From: an uncultured Microthrixaceae bacterium
Lineage (GTDB): Bacteria; Actinomycetota; Acidimicrobiia; Acidimicrobiales; DATDAH01
DNA length: 51,972 bases
Direction of reading: 5' to 3'
NCBI GenBank assembly: GCA_964470715.1
Contig: CAYYDZ010000005.1
Coordinates: forward strand, 1 to 51,972
Numbering within the stretch: position 1 is the first letter of the stretch; the number at the start of each line of letters is the position of its first letter. Of the stretch, positions 27,232 through 36,742 are shown piece after piece. The notes beneath the pieces were generated by a model. That model was given only the letters and a program-made list of their open reading frames with translations, ran no database searches and was not told where the DNA came from. The position numbers and the translations under genes were made by a program.

Positions 27232-28131
27232 CTAGGAGCCGTGGGGGCCGAGCTGGGCCACGCCGCAGACCACGTCGGCGTTGATGCAGTAGCGCACGTC
27301 GGTGGCCAGGGCCTCGGGGTCCCAGGCATTGAAGAAGTCGGCGTGGGCGGTGAAGGTCTCGCCCGAGGCGAGCCGGAGGTTCGAGGCGTCGCCGTGGAAG
27401 GGGTACTCGATGATGAACTCGAGCTGGGGCACCGCCACCGGGTGGCTGTCGGGGCAGCCGTCGGCGTCGCTGTAGGCCATGTGGCTGGTGTGGTCGACGG
27501 GATCGTCGAGGTGCTCGCCGTCCCAGCAGTCGGGGTAGGTGATGCGGACCCGCAGGGGTGAGCCCTCGCCGCAGTCGGGCGGGGCGGCGTGGCGCCGTGG
27601 GTTGAAGCCGCACGAGAAGCCGACGATGTCGGTGTTCTGCTCCTCGGTCGAGAACTGGTTGCCGCCGAGCATCTTCAGTCCGAGGGGAAAGGGGACGACC
27701 GTGGTGGGATCCACCCCGGGGGCGGCCCGGTAGTAGGCGTTCGAGCCGCTGGGCTCGATGCGCCGGTCTCCGTCGTAGAGGGCCGGTGCCCAGTAGCTGG
27801 CCCGGTCCTCCTTGTTGCGACAGGTGGTGTCGGCGTCGACGAGGTCGTCCACCGTGGTGGACTCGTCGACGCCGACGGCGCCGAAGAACTCGTGCAGGTG
27901 GGACATCCCCGCCATGCCGTAGTGGACGATCGGGTCCACCCGGGCCGAGTTCGACCAGGTGCACTCGACCACGAAGCGACCGTCGTGGGGGGCGACGACG
28001 CCGGCGTCGGCCGCCGCGTCAGAGGCGTCCGACGTGTCGGACGAGGAGGTGCGCCGCACCGCGACCCCGGCCGCCACCGCCACGAGGGCGATGACGGACG
28101 CGGCCAGGACGACGGTACGGCGACGGGTCAA
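27232..28131 (-). CDS. DUF1996 domain protein, membrane-anchored/secreted
   Basis: DPIVHYG..SHLHEFFG, EDRASYWAPAL, YPDCWDG, CPDSHPV, HADFFNAW. Confidence 0.88.
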   Translation of the reverse strand: MTRRRTVVLAASVIALVAVAAGVAVRRTSSSDTSDASDAAADAGVVAPHDGRFVVECTWSNSARVDPIVHYGMAGMSHLHEFFGAVGVDESTTVDDLVDADTTCRNKEDRASYWAPALYDGDRRIEPSGSNAYYRAAPGVDPTTVVPFPLGLKMLGGNQFSTEEQNTDIVGFSCGFNPRRHAAPPDCGEGSPLRVRITYPDCWDGEHLDDPVDHTSHMAYSDADGCPDSHPVAVPQLEFIIEYPFHGDASNLRLASGETFTAHADFFNAWDPEALATDVRYCINADVVCGVAQLGPHGS

Positions 28132-29522
28132 TCCGTCGGCGCCGGCGGGACCTCGATCGAGTCGACGTCGATCTCGCCCACCGGTCCACGAGCGGGCTCG
28201 GTCGGAGCCGTGGTCGCGTCGGGCATGTTCTCGAGGTCACCCGGGTCGGGCAGCTCGACGGTCTGGAAGTCCGCCGGATCGGCCTGCTGCGTGTCGAGGA
28301 GGCCGACGAGCGCCGCCGACTCCGCGTTCACCACGCCGAAGGGACCACCGCAGGGTGCCACCTGCTCGAGGTCAGCCGGGCTGAACACGGCGGCGTCGTT
28401 GTCGGAGAAGCAGTTCTCCTTGTCCTCGCCTTCGACGCTCATGATGTCCCAGCCGCCGTTGGCGTCGTTGCCCTGGGCGGTGTTGCCGACCACCTGGTTG
28501 CGGTGGGCGTGCCACACGAGCGGGTTGGGCAGCTGGGCGATCTCGGCGTCGGACACCGGCACCGAGTCCTCGACGCAGGTCGGGTCCGGCTCCTCGATCA
28601 GCGGGCCGATGGGGTCCGACTCGGGCGTGGGCGCCACGAGGATGCCGGCCACCGGGTTGTTGTCGACCCGGTTGCGCTCGACGATGTTGTCGTTCGAGCC
28701 GGTGATGATGATGCCGACGCCGGGGAACTCGGCGGCGACGGCGATGGCGCTGGTCTCGAGGTTGCCGTTGTCGGAGGCCACGTTGCCCACGATGGTGTTG
28801 CGGACGGGCGGGGCGCACCCCTCGTAGCTGCCGGCGTTGGGCACGATGCCCGAGCGGTTGTGGCGGAACGTGGAGTTGATGATGGTGACGTTGGTGGAGT
28901 TGGTGCCGGAGTAGCCGAGGCCGTTCCACTCGGAGGTGAAGTCGTCGACGACGGCGTTGCAGTCGCCGCACTGGCCTATGTAGACGCCGGCGTCAGGGCT
29001 GCCCGACCCGTAGGAGTGCTCGAGCACGCCGTTCACCGAGCCGTAGGCGTAGACGCCGTAGTCGCCGTTGCGGATGGCGGTCAGGTACGAGCCCCGGTAG
29101 CCGTCCACGCCGGTCCAGAAGAAGCCGTTGCCGGTGTAGTTCTGGGCGGTCATGTTCTCGACCACGACCCCGTCGGTCTCGAGGATGCGGATGCCGTTCT
29201 CGAGCTCGAAGTTCCCCTCGAGCACCACGTTGTTGCGGTCCACGCCGCGCAGCGTGATGTCGGGGCAGGTCACGTTGACCGCCTCCTCGTAGGTGCCCTC
29301 GGCGATGAGGACGAGCGCACCCGGGGCGGCCGCGTCGGCCGCCGCCTGGATGGTGTCGAAGTCGTCGGGCACGTTCAGGGTGCCCTCCTGGTCGCAGGTC
29401 GGCGCGGCCGGGGCGCCGCCCGACTCGTCGCTGTCGCTGTCACCGCCGTCGCTGCCGCACGCGGCGGCCACGAAGACCACGGCGAGCAGCAGCACCAAGA
29501 GCCGCTTCGTGATGGTGGACAT
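28128..29522 (-). CDS. Right-handed parallel beta-helix (NosD/pectin-lyase-like) lipoprotein
   Basis: Lipobox VAAAC; FDTIQAA, Asn-ladder repeats, NGDYGVYAYGS...SPDAGVYIGQC. Confidence 0.85.
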   Translation of the reverse strand: MSTITKRLLVLLLAVVFVAAACGSDGGDSDSDESGGAPAAPTCDQEGTLNVPDDFDTIQAAADAAAPGALVLIAEGTYEEAVNVTCPDITLRGVDRNNVVLEGNFELENGIRILETDGVVVENMTAQNYTGNGFFWTGVDGYRGSYLTAIRNGDYGVYAYGSVNGVLEHSYGSGSPDAGVYIGQCGDCNAVVDDFTSEWNGLGYSGTNSTNVTIINSTFRHNRSGIVPNAGSYEGCAPPVRNTIVGNVASDNGNLETSAIAVAAEFPGVGIIITGSNDNIVERNRVDNNPVAGILVAPTPESDPIGPLIEEPDPTCVEDSVPVSDAEIAQLPNPLVWHAHRNQVVGNTAQGNDANGGWDIMSVEGEDKENCFSDNDAAVFSPADLEQVAPCGGPFGVVNAESAALVGLLDTQQADPADFQTVELPDPGDLENMPDATTAPTEPARGPVGEIDVDSIEVPPAPTD

Positions 29523-29551
29523 GTGCAGGTTTCCCCCTGGGTTTCTGGCCG

Positions 29552-29953
29552 TCAGCCTTCGACGGTGATGGAGCCGGTCATGCCCGCCGTGGCGGTGCCG
29601 TGGATCGAGCAGTAGTAGTCGTAGGTGCCGGGCTCGGTGAAGCGCACCGGTGTGCCCTCGGAGCGGGGCTTGAAGTCCTCGACGGGGATCTCCCAGTCCT
29701 CATCGGGATCCGCCGGGATGACGTTGTGGTCGTTGCGGCCCCGGTTGGTGAAGACGATCTCCGTGCCCGCCTGGACGGTGATCTCCTCGGGAGCGAAGGA
29801 GTTGTCCAGCGCGTCGACGTTCTCGGTCACGCCCTCCACGAGCTCGACGTCGTCGCCGCTGCTCCCGCAGGCGGTGAGGCCCAGACCGGCCAGCAACAGG
29901 GTCACGGCGGCGAGGCCGAGCAGGCGTCGGTTGGGGGTCGGGCGGGCAGGCAT
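29552..29953 (-). CDS. Cupredoxin (plastocyanin/azurin-like) lipoprotein
   Basis: Lipobox LTAC; type-1 Cu ligands NDHNV...YYCSIH...GM. Confidence 0.92.
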   Translation of the reverse strand: MPARPTPNRRLLGLAAVTLLLAGLGLTACGSSGDDVELVEGVTENVDALDNSFAPEEITVQAGTEIVFTNRGRNDHNVIPADPDEDWEIPVEDFKPRSEGTPVRFTEPGTYDYYCSIHGTATAGMTGSITVEG

Positions 29954-30018
29954 GGGGAACGGTCCTCCGGGAGATCTCGGGCCGAGCGATGGTAGTGGGT
30001 CGGGCGCAACCGATCGGT

Positions 30019-31551
30019 TCAGCGACCGGCCACGGCCGGGTCGAGCATGGGCGGGCGGTTGGGCCACTTGTGGAAGGTCTTGCGGTGCGCCGCCATGGCC
30101 GACTGGATCAGCTCGATGTAGACGAGCTTGCGGATCAGGTAGCTGTGCTGCTCCTTCGGGTCCAGGTACAGGTTGAACATCTTCCCGTATCCGTACTGCT
30201 GCATCACGCCGCTGAAGCCGCCGGAGTTCACGACGTCGGTGTCGTTGTCCGAGATGGACGCGATCATGTACTTGTACTCCGCGACCCGGATGGCCGAGAA
30301 GGTGGCGGTGAGCCAGTAGTAGTGGAACTTGCGGTTCGAGAGGGCGTCGTCGCCGAGCAGGAACGACGTCTGGTCGATGGAGTCGATGAACCGGTCGTCG
30401 GGCACGGCGTCGTCGGCGCCGGCGAGGTGCAGGAGCGTGGCGAAGAGGTCGAGCTGGTCGAACAGCCCGTCCGACGCCCGGGGCTCGATCATCCCGGGCC
30501 AGGAGAAGATGCCGGGAACTCGGACGCCTCCCTCCCACGTGGAGCCCTTGGCGCACCGGAACGGGGTGTAGGCGGCGTCGGGCCAGGTCTCCATCTCGGG
30601 GCCGTTGTCGGACGAGATGAAGATCATCGTGTTGTCGGCCTGGCCCGTGGCCTCGAGGCGGGCGACCAGGCGGCCCACGATGTCGTCGAGCTCGACGATG
30701 GTGTCCTTGTAGGGGTGCTTCGCCGGCGACGAGCCCTGGAACTTCTCCAGGGGGTAGTTGTCGAAGTGGGCGCCCCGGGTGCAGTGGTAGAGGAACCACG
30801 GGCGCTCATCGACGGCCATGCGGTCGATGAAGGCTTCGGAGTACTCGGCCCAGCGGTCGTCGAGGGTGGACAGCACCGGGATGGTGACCTCTTCGACGTT
30901 CTCGGGGTCCCCGCCGCGGGTGGCGTGCACCCAGCACTTGTTGAAGCGCTCGTTGCGCACCCACTCGGTGCGCTCCTCGCTGTAGGCGACCTCCGGGAAG
31001 AAGTAGGGGTCGCGCCACTCGGTGTACATGTCGGACACGCTGAGGAAGCCGTAGAAGTCGTCGAAGCCGACGTGCTGGGGCTGCGAACCGATGTTCTCGC
31101 CCATGTGCCACTTGCCCACGGCCTGCGTGACATAGCCGGCGTCGCTGAGCTTCTCGGCGAGGGTCATCTCGCCCTCGAGGCCGCCGGGCATGCCGTACAT
31201 GGGGGGGATGAGCAGGCCGTGGCGCATGGGGAGGCGCCCCGTCATGATCGACGCCCGTGACGGCGTGCACGACGGCTCGGAGTAGCACGAGGTGAGCAGC
31301 AGGCCGTTGCGGGCGAGGCGGTCGATGTGGGGGGTCGGCGCCCCGGCCATCACCCCGCCGCCGTAGCAGCCGAAGTCGCCCCAGCCGACGTCGTCCATGA
31401 GGACGATGAGCACGTTGGGCTTCTTGCCGGTGCGGGCCTCGAGCGCCGCCAGCTTCTCGGCGACCTCCCGTTCCTGGTCGGGGTGCACGAAGCGGGGCTC
31501 TCGGTTGTCCGCCACCGGCGTGGTGGCAGCGGTGATCGGGTCGTGGGCCAT
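30019..31551 (-). CDS. Arylsulfatase (Cys-type, formylglycine-dependent)
   Basis: PNVLIVLMDDVGWGD, CTPSRASIMTGR, GKWHMG, SSDNG; no signal peptide seen. Confidence 0.93.
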   Translation of the reverse strand: MAHDPITAATTPVADNREPRFVHPDQEREVAEKLAALEARTGKKPNVLIVLMDDVGWGDFGCYGGGVMAGAPTPHIDRLARNGLLLTSCYSEPSCTPSRASIMTGRLPMRHGLLIPPMYGMPGGLEGEMTLAEKLSDAGYVTQAVGKWHMGENIGSQPQHVGFDDFYGFLSVSDMYTEWRDPYFFPEVAYSEERTEWVRNERFNKCWVHATRGGDPENVEEVTIPVLSTLDDRWAEYSEAFIDRMAVDERPWFLYHCTRGAHFDNYPLEKFQGSSPAKHPYKDTIVELDDIVGRLVARLEATGQADNTMIFISSDNGPEMETWPDAAYTPFRCAKGSTWEGGVRVPGIFSWPGMIEPRASDGLFDQLDLFATLLHLAGADDAVPDDRFIDSIDQTSFLLGDDALSNRKFHYYWLTATFSAIRVAEYKYMIASISDNDTDVVNSGGFSGVMQQYGYGKMFNLYLDPKEQHSYLIRKLVYIELIQSAMAAHRKTFHKWPNRPPMLDPAVAGR

Positions 31552-31675
31552 GGTCCCCCTCAGGTGCCGTCGGACGGCACCGGTCTAGCCGATGGCCTGC
31601 CGATGGCGGTCAGGGACCTGCTCATCACGCCGTTCGGCCGCCAGGGGCGTTCACGAGAAATGGGCCGATCGCCCT

Positions 31676-31704
31676 ATCACGTTCGCCGATGCAGCCGTCG
31701 ATAC
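31676..31704 (+). promoter_or_regulatory. Possible sigma28/WhiG-type promoter for flp
   Basis: ATCA-N17-GTCGATAC, with one mismatch to GCCGATA. Confidence 0.4.
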
Positions 31705-31770
31705 AAGTCCTTGTCAGAACACGGGTCCAGAAGGATTCCGTGCCAGAAGAAAAAACACGGAGACAAAACG

Positions 31771-31959
31771 ATGATCCTCACCTACGAGTTCCTCGCCAAC
31801 TGGATGCGTGCCCGCTTCGCCGATTCCGAGCGTGGTGCCTCGCTCGTGGAGTACGCGCTGCTCGTGGCTCTGATCGCCGTCGTCTGCATCGCGGCCGTCA
31901 CCGTCCTCGGCAAGAACGCCTCCAACAAGTTCCAGAGCGTCGGCACCTCGATCGGCTGA
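31771..31959 (+). CDS. flp: Flp family type IVb pilin
   Basis: Prepilin site ERG|ASLVEYALL followed by a hydrophobic helix; 62 aa; RBS GGAG. Confidence 0.93.
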   Translation: MILTYEFLANWMRARFADSERGASLVEYALLVALIAVVCIAAVTVLGKNASNKFQSVGTSIG

Positions 31960-31985
31960 TCGACCGCTCGCAAGAGCTTCGGAAA

Positions 31986-32011
31986 GGGGGCGGGCCCTCG
32001 GGCCCGCCCCC
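31986..32011. terminator. Intrinsic terminator, probably bidirectional
   Basis: GGGGGCGGGCC-ctcg-GGCCCGCCCCC, a perfect 11-bp stem between convergent genes. Confidence 0.85.
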
Positions 32012-32037
32012 TCTTCGCGTCCTGCGGCGGCCGGTGG

Positions 32038-33594
32038 TCACGTGGTGTCGACGAGTTGGTCGATCTCGAAGAGCTGGTTCAGGTCGATGAGCCCGCCGGC
32101 GGCCTCGATCTGGGCGCGGGTCAGCGGCACCGGCGGGATCTCGCCGACGGTGTCGGACAGCGTCACGAGGTAGGCATCGGCGCCGGCCACCTGGGAGAAC
32201 TCGACGGTGTACTCGCACGAGTCGAAGATGCTGCTCCCGCTGACCTGCTCACCTTCGGCGAAGGGTGTGGGCGGCACCAGGACCTCGCCGTCCGCAGACT
32301 CGAGCCCGACGCTGGCGCCGGGCGGCACGCAGTCGGCGTCCCCGGTGAAGATCTGACCCAGGATGTCACCGAGGTCGTCGGCGGACAGGGTGAGCCGCGC
32401 CGTGGCGTCGAGTGGCGGCGGGGGAGGCTCGGTGGTGGTGGTCGTCGTGGGGACGGGGATCGCGGCGGTCGGTCCAGGCGTGGCGGTGCCACCCGCTTCC
32501 TCCGAGGTGTTGCCACGGGCGAGCAGCAGGGCGGCGGCGGCACCAAGCGCGAGGCACACGAGGGCGACGACGAGGACGACGAGCCAGACTCGATGCGGGC
32601 GCGCCGGCGCCACTGGCGCGGATGCGGCCGCCGGCACCGGTGGAGCAGGGGGCGGGGGCGGCGCGTCGACGGGAGGCTGGACGGGGGTGGCCCCAGCGGT
32701 GGTCGGCCAGCCGGTGACCGGGAGCACCCAGGTGTGCTCGATGAGGTTGGTGGTCCCCGCCACGAGCTCGTCGGTCGAGGCCTCGTCCGTGCCGCCGACG
32801 AGTCCGGAGAGCACCGCGCGGGCCGACGGCCGTTGGAGTGGGTCCTTGAGGAAGGCAGCCTCGACGAAGGGACGCACCTCCTGGGGGAGGCCGTCCAGGT
32901 CGGGTTCGCCGGAGAGGATCCGCATGGTCACCTCCTCGGGTCCGCCGATGCCGAAGGGCGGCCGCCCGGTGCCGGCGAAGGCGACCAACGATGCCCACGT
33001 GAACACGTCCACTGCAGGGGTGGACACCTGACCTGCGGCCTGCTCGGGCGCCATCCACCCTGCCGAACCGATGACCGTGCCCGCCATGGTCAGCGGCATC
33101 GAGCCGGCGGCGGCGGCGATGCCGAAGTCGACGAGCTTGGGTTGGTCGGCGGCGAGGATCACGTTGGTGGGTTTCAGGTCGCGGTGGATGACCCCGACCT
33201 CATGGATGAGGACAAGGGCCTCGGCGAGCGCCGCGGCCAACGCTCGCAGGCGGAGGCCGTCGAGGGGACCGTCCTTGGCGACGCTGTCGGCCAACGTCGG
33301 GCCATCCACGTACTCGACCACCAGGTAGGGCTGGGTCGCCTCGGTGTCGGCCGCCACGAGGGCGGCCACTCGTGGGCCCGACACCCGGCGGAGGGCCTCG
33401 ACCTCACGCCGGAAGCGCTCTCGGAAGGTCGGGTCGTGGGCGAGGTCGGCGCGTACGAGCTTCACTGCGACGCTCTCGCCGGATGCGCCCTGCCCCAGGT
33501 AGACCACCCCCATGCCGCCGGCGCCCAGTCGGCCGGTCAACACGAACTCGCCCAGGCGCTGGGGATCGTTCGCCTGGAGTGGTGTCACCGCCAT
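32038..33594 (-). CDS. Hanks-type Ser/Thr protein kinase with TM segment and extracellular domain
   Basis: GAGGMGVVY, VAVK, HRDLKPTN, DFG, APE; Pro-rich linker, TM helix, Thr-rich stalk. Confidence 0.93.
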   Translation of the reverse strand: MAVTPLQANDPQRLGEFVLTGRLGAGGMGVVYLGQGASGESVAVKLVRADLAHDPTFRERFRREVEALRRVSGPRVAALVAADTEATQPYLVVEYVDGPTLADSVAKDGPLDGLRLRALAAALAEALVLIHEVGVIHRDLKPTNVILAADQPKLVDFGIAAAAGSMPLTMAGTVIGSAGWMAPEQAAGQVSTPAVDVFTWASLVAFAGTGRPPFGIGGPEEVTMRILSGEPDLDGLPQEVRPFVEAAFLKDPLQRPSARAVLSGLVGGTDEASTDELVAGTTNLIEHTWVLPVTGWPTTAGATPVQPPVDAPPPPPAPPVPAAASAPVAPARPHRVWLVVLVVALVCLALGAAAALLLARGNTSEEAGGTATPGPTAAIPVPTTTTTTEPPPPPLDATARLTLSADDLGDILGQIFTGDADCVPPGASVGLESADGEVLVPPTPFAEGEQVSGSSIFDSCEYTVEFSQVAGADAYLVTLSDTVGEIPPVPLTRAQIEAAGGLIDLNQLFEIDQLVDTT

Positions 33595-33684
33595 CGCGCA
33601 CAGTCTGCCCGGTACGCAGGCCGCCACCGCAGCACGCGCGCCCTCCCGCTTTGTTCCCGGGCTGCTTCCGAGCACACTGGGCCC

Positions 33685-34860
33685 ATGGCATCGCTCCCGA
33701 TGGACGACCCACGCGACTTCCTCGGCCTCGACGGCCTCCTCGACGACGAAGAGCGCCAGATCCGCGACACCGTGCGGTCGTTCGTGCAGGACCGCGTGCT
33801 CCCCGACATCGGGGCCTGGTTCGACGAGGGCACGTTCCCACGGGAGATGGCCAAGGAGATGGGGGCGCTCGGGTTGCTCGGCATGCACCTCGAAGGTCAC
33901 GGGTGCGCCGGCACCAACGCCGTGAGCTACGGGCTGGCCTGCCTCGAGCTCGAGGCCGGCGACTCCGGCTTCCGCAGCTTCGTCTCGGTCCAAGGGTCGC
34001 TCGCGATGTTCCCCATCCACGCCTACGGCAGCGAGGAGCAGAAGCAGGACTGGCTCCCCCGCATGGCGGCGGGCGAGGCCATCGGGTGCTTCGGCCTGAC
34101 CGAGCCCGACTCGGGCAGCGATCCGTCGAGCATGCGCACCAACGCGCGGCGCGACGGCTCGGACTGGATCCTCAACGGCACGAAGATGTGGATCACCAAC
34201 GGGGGGATCGCCGACGTGGCGGTGGTGTGGGCCCGCACCGACGAGGGCATCCGCGGCTTCGTGGTCCCCACCGACACCCCTGGGTTCTCCACCAGCGACG
34301 TGCATCGCAAGGTCTCGCTGCGGGCGTCGGTCACCTCCGAGCTCGTGATGGACGACGTGCGCCTGCCCGCCGAGGCCGTCCTGCCCGGGGTGGCCAGCAT
34401 GCGAGGGCCGCTCTCGTGCCTGAACGAGGCTCGCTTCGGCATCCTCTTCGGTGCGGTGGGGGCGGCCCGAGCCTGCTACGAGGCGGCCCTCGACTACGCC
34501 ATCGAGCGGGTGCAGTTCGGCAGGCCCATCGCCTCGTTCCAGCTCACCCAGCGCAAGCTGGTCGAGATGATGGTGGCGGTCAACCGGTGCGCGCTCGTGG
34601 CGCTGCACCTCGGCCGGCGCAAGGACGCCCACGAGCTGTCGCCCGCGCAGGTCAGCTTCGGCAAGTTCGACAACGTGCGCCAGGCGCTCGAGATCGCCCG
34701 GGAGGCCCGTAGCGTGCTCGGCGCCAACGGAATCACCCTCGAGTACCCGGTGATCCGTCACATGAACAACCTCGAGTCGGTGTTCACCTACGAGGGCACG
34801 AACGAGATCCACACCCTTGTCCTCGGCCAGGCGATCACCGGCCTGTCCGCTTTCCGCTGA
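33685..34860 (+). CDS. Acyl-CoA dehydrogenase (glutaryl-CoA dehydrogenase-like)
   Basis: GCFGLTEPDSGSDP, NGTKMWITNG, YEGTNEIH. Confidence 0.9.
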   Translation: MASLPMDDPRDFLGLDGLLDDEERQIRDTVRSFVQDRVLPDIGAWFDEGTFPREMAKEMGALGLLGMHLEGHGCAGTNAVSYGLACLELEAGDSGFRSFVSVQGSLAMFPIHAYGSEEQKQDWLPRMAAGEAIGCFGLTEPDSGSDPSSMRTNARRDGSDWILNGTKMWITNGGIADVAVVWARTDEGIRGFVVPTDTPGFSTSDVHRKVSLRASVTSELVMDDVRLPAEAVLPGVASMRGPLSCLNEARFGILFGAVGAARACYEAALDYAIERVQFGRPIASFQLTQRKLVEMMVAVNRCALVALHLGRRKDAHELSPAQVSFGKFDNVRQALEIAREARSVLGANGITLEYPVIRHMNNLESVFTYEGTNEIHTLVLGQAITGLSAFR

Positions 34861-34883
34861 CCACACGCAGAGGACCGTTTCTG

Positions 34884-36029
34884 ATGGAGTTCACCGAAGA
34901 CCACGCCATGTTCCGCAAGACCGTGCGGGACGTCGTCGAGCGTGAGATCAACCCCCATGTGGACGAGTGGGAGGCGGCGGGCATCTTCCCGGCCCATGAC
35001 CTGTTCGCCAAGCTGGGCGCCCTCGGTCTGCTCGGCCTCGAGTACGACGAGGCCTACGGCGGGCAAGGCGCCGACCACTCGTACACCGTGATCCTCGGCG
35101 AGGAGCTCGGGCGCATCCACTGCGGCGGGGTTCCCATGGCCATCTCGGTGCAGACCGACATGGCCACCCCTTCGCTGGCCCGGTTCGGGTCCGAGGGCCT
35201 GAAGCAGCGCTATCTGGTGCCCGCCATCAGAGGCGAGGCGGTGGCGGCCATCGCCGTCACCGAGCCCGACGCCGGCTCGGACGTCGCCGCGCTGCGCACC
35301 CGGGCGGTGCGAGACGGCGATGACTGGATCATCAACGGCACCAAGCTGTACATCACCAACGGCACCCAGGCCGACTGGCTCTGCCTGCTGGCTCGCACCT
35401 CTGACGAGGGGGGCTCGCGCGGCATCTCCCAGATCATCGTTCCGACCGACACCCCGGGCTTCCGGGTGAGTCGAAGCCTCAAGAAGATGGGGATGTGGTC
35501 CTCGGACACCGCCGAGCTGAGCTTCGACGACGTGCGGGTGCCGGTGGCCAACACCATCGGCGAGGAGGGTCGGGGCTTCCAGCAGCAGATGGCTCAGTTC
35601 CAGAACGAGCGCATGATCGCCAACTACCTGGCCGTCGGCTCGATGGAGCTGGCCATCGAGCGCACGGTCGCCTACCTCCGCGAGCGGGTCGTGTTCGGCA
35701 GGCCGCTGGCAGAGAGCCAGCACATCCAGTTCAAGCTCGCCGAGCTGGTGGCCGAGCTCGACGTCGTCCGCCACTACAACTACGCCTGCGCCGACGCCTA
35801 CCTGCGGGGCGAGGACACCACCCGTTTCGCCACCATCGCCAAGCTGGTGGTCCCGCGGCTCGCCCGTCGCATCGCCGACACGTGCCTCCAATTCCACGGC
35901 GGCATCGGGTACATGGACGAGACCTGGGCGTCCCGGTACTTCCGGGACAGCCGGCTGTGGTCGATCGGGGGTGGGGCGGACGAGGTGATGCTGCGCACCA
36001 TCGCCCGCATGGACGGCATCGGCAGCTGA
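34884..36029 (+). CDS. Acyl-CoA dehydrogenase (citronellyl-CoA DH-like)
   Basis: AVTEPDAGSD, NGTKLYITNG, IGGGADEVM. Confidence 0.9.
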   Translation: MEFTEDHAMFRKTVRDVVEREINPHVDEWEAAGIFPAHDLFAKLGALGLLGLEYDEAYGGQGADHSYTVILGEELGRIHCGGVPMAISVQTDMATPSLARFGSEGLKQRYLVPAIRGEAVAAIAVTEPDAGSDVAALRTRAVRDGDDWIINGTKLYITNGTQADWLCLLARTSDEGGSRGISQIIVPTDTPGFRVSRSLKKMGMWSSDTAELSFDDVRVPVANTIGEEGRGFQQQMAQFQNERMIANYLAVGSMELAIERTVAYLRERVVFGRPLAESQHIQFKLAELVAELDVVRHYNYACADAYLRGEDTTRFATIAKLVVPRLARRIADTCLQFHGGIGYMDETWASRYFRDSRLWSIGGGADEVMLRTIARMDGIGS

Positions 36030-36045
36030 GCGCCGGGACGAGCCG

Positions 36046-36696
36046 GTGGTGAACCGCCCGGCGGGGCGCGCCCTCGTCATCGCCGGCGGTGACGCCCCCA
36101 GGGCCGAAGACCTCCTCGGGGAGGGGTCGTGGGAGTGGGTCGTGGCCGCCGACTCGGGCCTGGACCACGCCGAGGCGCTCGGGTTGACCGTCGACCGGGT
36201 GGTCGGCGACCTCGACTCGGTGTCGCCGGCTGCGCTGCGGCGTGCCCGTGCTGCCGGGGTGGCCATCGAGGAGCATCCGAGCGACAAGGACGCGACCGAT
36301 CTCGCCCTGGCCCTCGAAGCCGCCGGCGATCTCGGTGCCGCGCGCCTCCTCGTGGTCGGTCTCGGTGGCGGGCGGCCCGATCACCTCGTCGCGAACCTGC
36401 TCCTGCTGGCTTCGCCGGCGTTCGCCGGCGTGGAGATCGACGCCACGACGGCCGATGCCCGCTACGTCGTCGTCCGGTCGCAGCCGCGCGGGCTGCGGGG
36501 CCGGCCGGGCGACGTGGTCACGCTGCTGCCGATGCACGGTGTGGCCCGCAAGGTGCACACCGAGGGTCTGCGTTGGCGGCTCCACGGCGACGATCTCCCG
36601 GCGGGATCGACCCGTGGGGTCAGCAACGAGCTGACCGGCACCGATGCGTGGGTGGTCGTCGGTGAAGGCGTGCTGCTCGCCGTCCAGCCGCGCTGA
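36046..36696 (+). CDS. thiN: Thiamine pyrophosphokinase
   Basis: ADSG, VVGDLDS, KDATD, GGRPDH, RGVSN. Confidence 0.9.
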   Translation: MVNRPAGRALVIAGGDAPRAEDLLGEGSWEWVVAADSGLDHAEALGLTVDRVVGDLDSVSPAALRRARAAGVAIEEHPSDKDATDLALALEAAGDLGAARLLVVGLGGGRPDHLVANLLLLASPAFAGVEIDATTADARYVVVRSQPRGLRGRPGDVVTLLPMHGVARKVHTEGLRWRLHGDDLPAGSTRGVSNELTGTDAWVVVGEGVLLAVQPR

Positions 36697-36706
36697 GCCG
36701 GCGGCC

Positions 36707-36733
36707 CTCAGGTGGGTCGCCGACCTGCCGATA
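36707..36733 (+). promoter_or_regulatory. sigma28/WhiG-type promoter
   Basis: CTCA-N16-GCCGATA, 9 nt before ATG 36743. Confidence 0.6.
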
Positions 36734-36742
36734 GCGACAACG

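Noticed and set aside
31620-31770. c-di-GMP riboswitch upstream of flp
   Set aside because: I found no GCAAA/GNRA-receptor architecture.
32038-34866. Two ~940-aa opposing ORFs suggesting kinase/dehydrogenase fusions or overlapping genes
   Set aside because: These are stop-poor antisense frames typical of high-GC DNA; the real genes are divergent, starting at 33594 and 33685.
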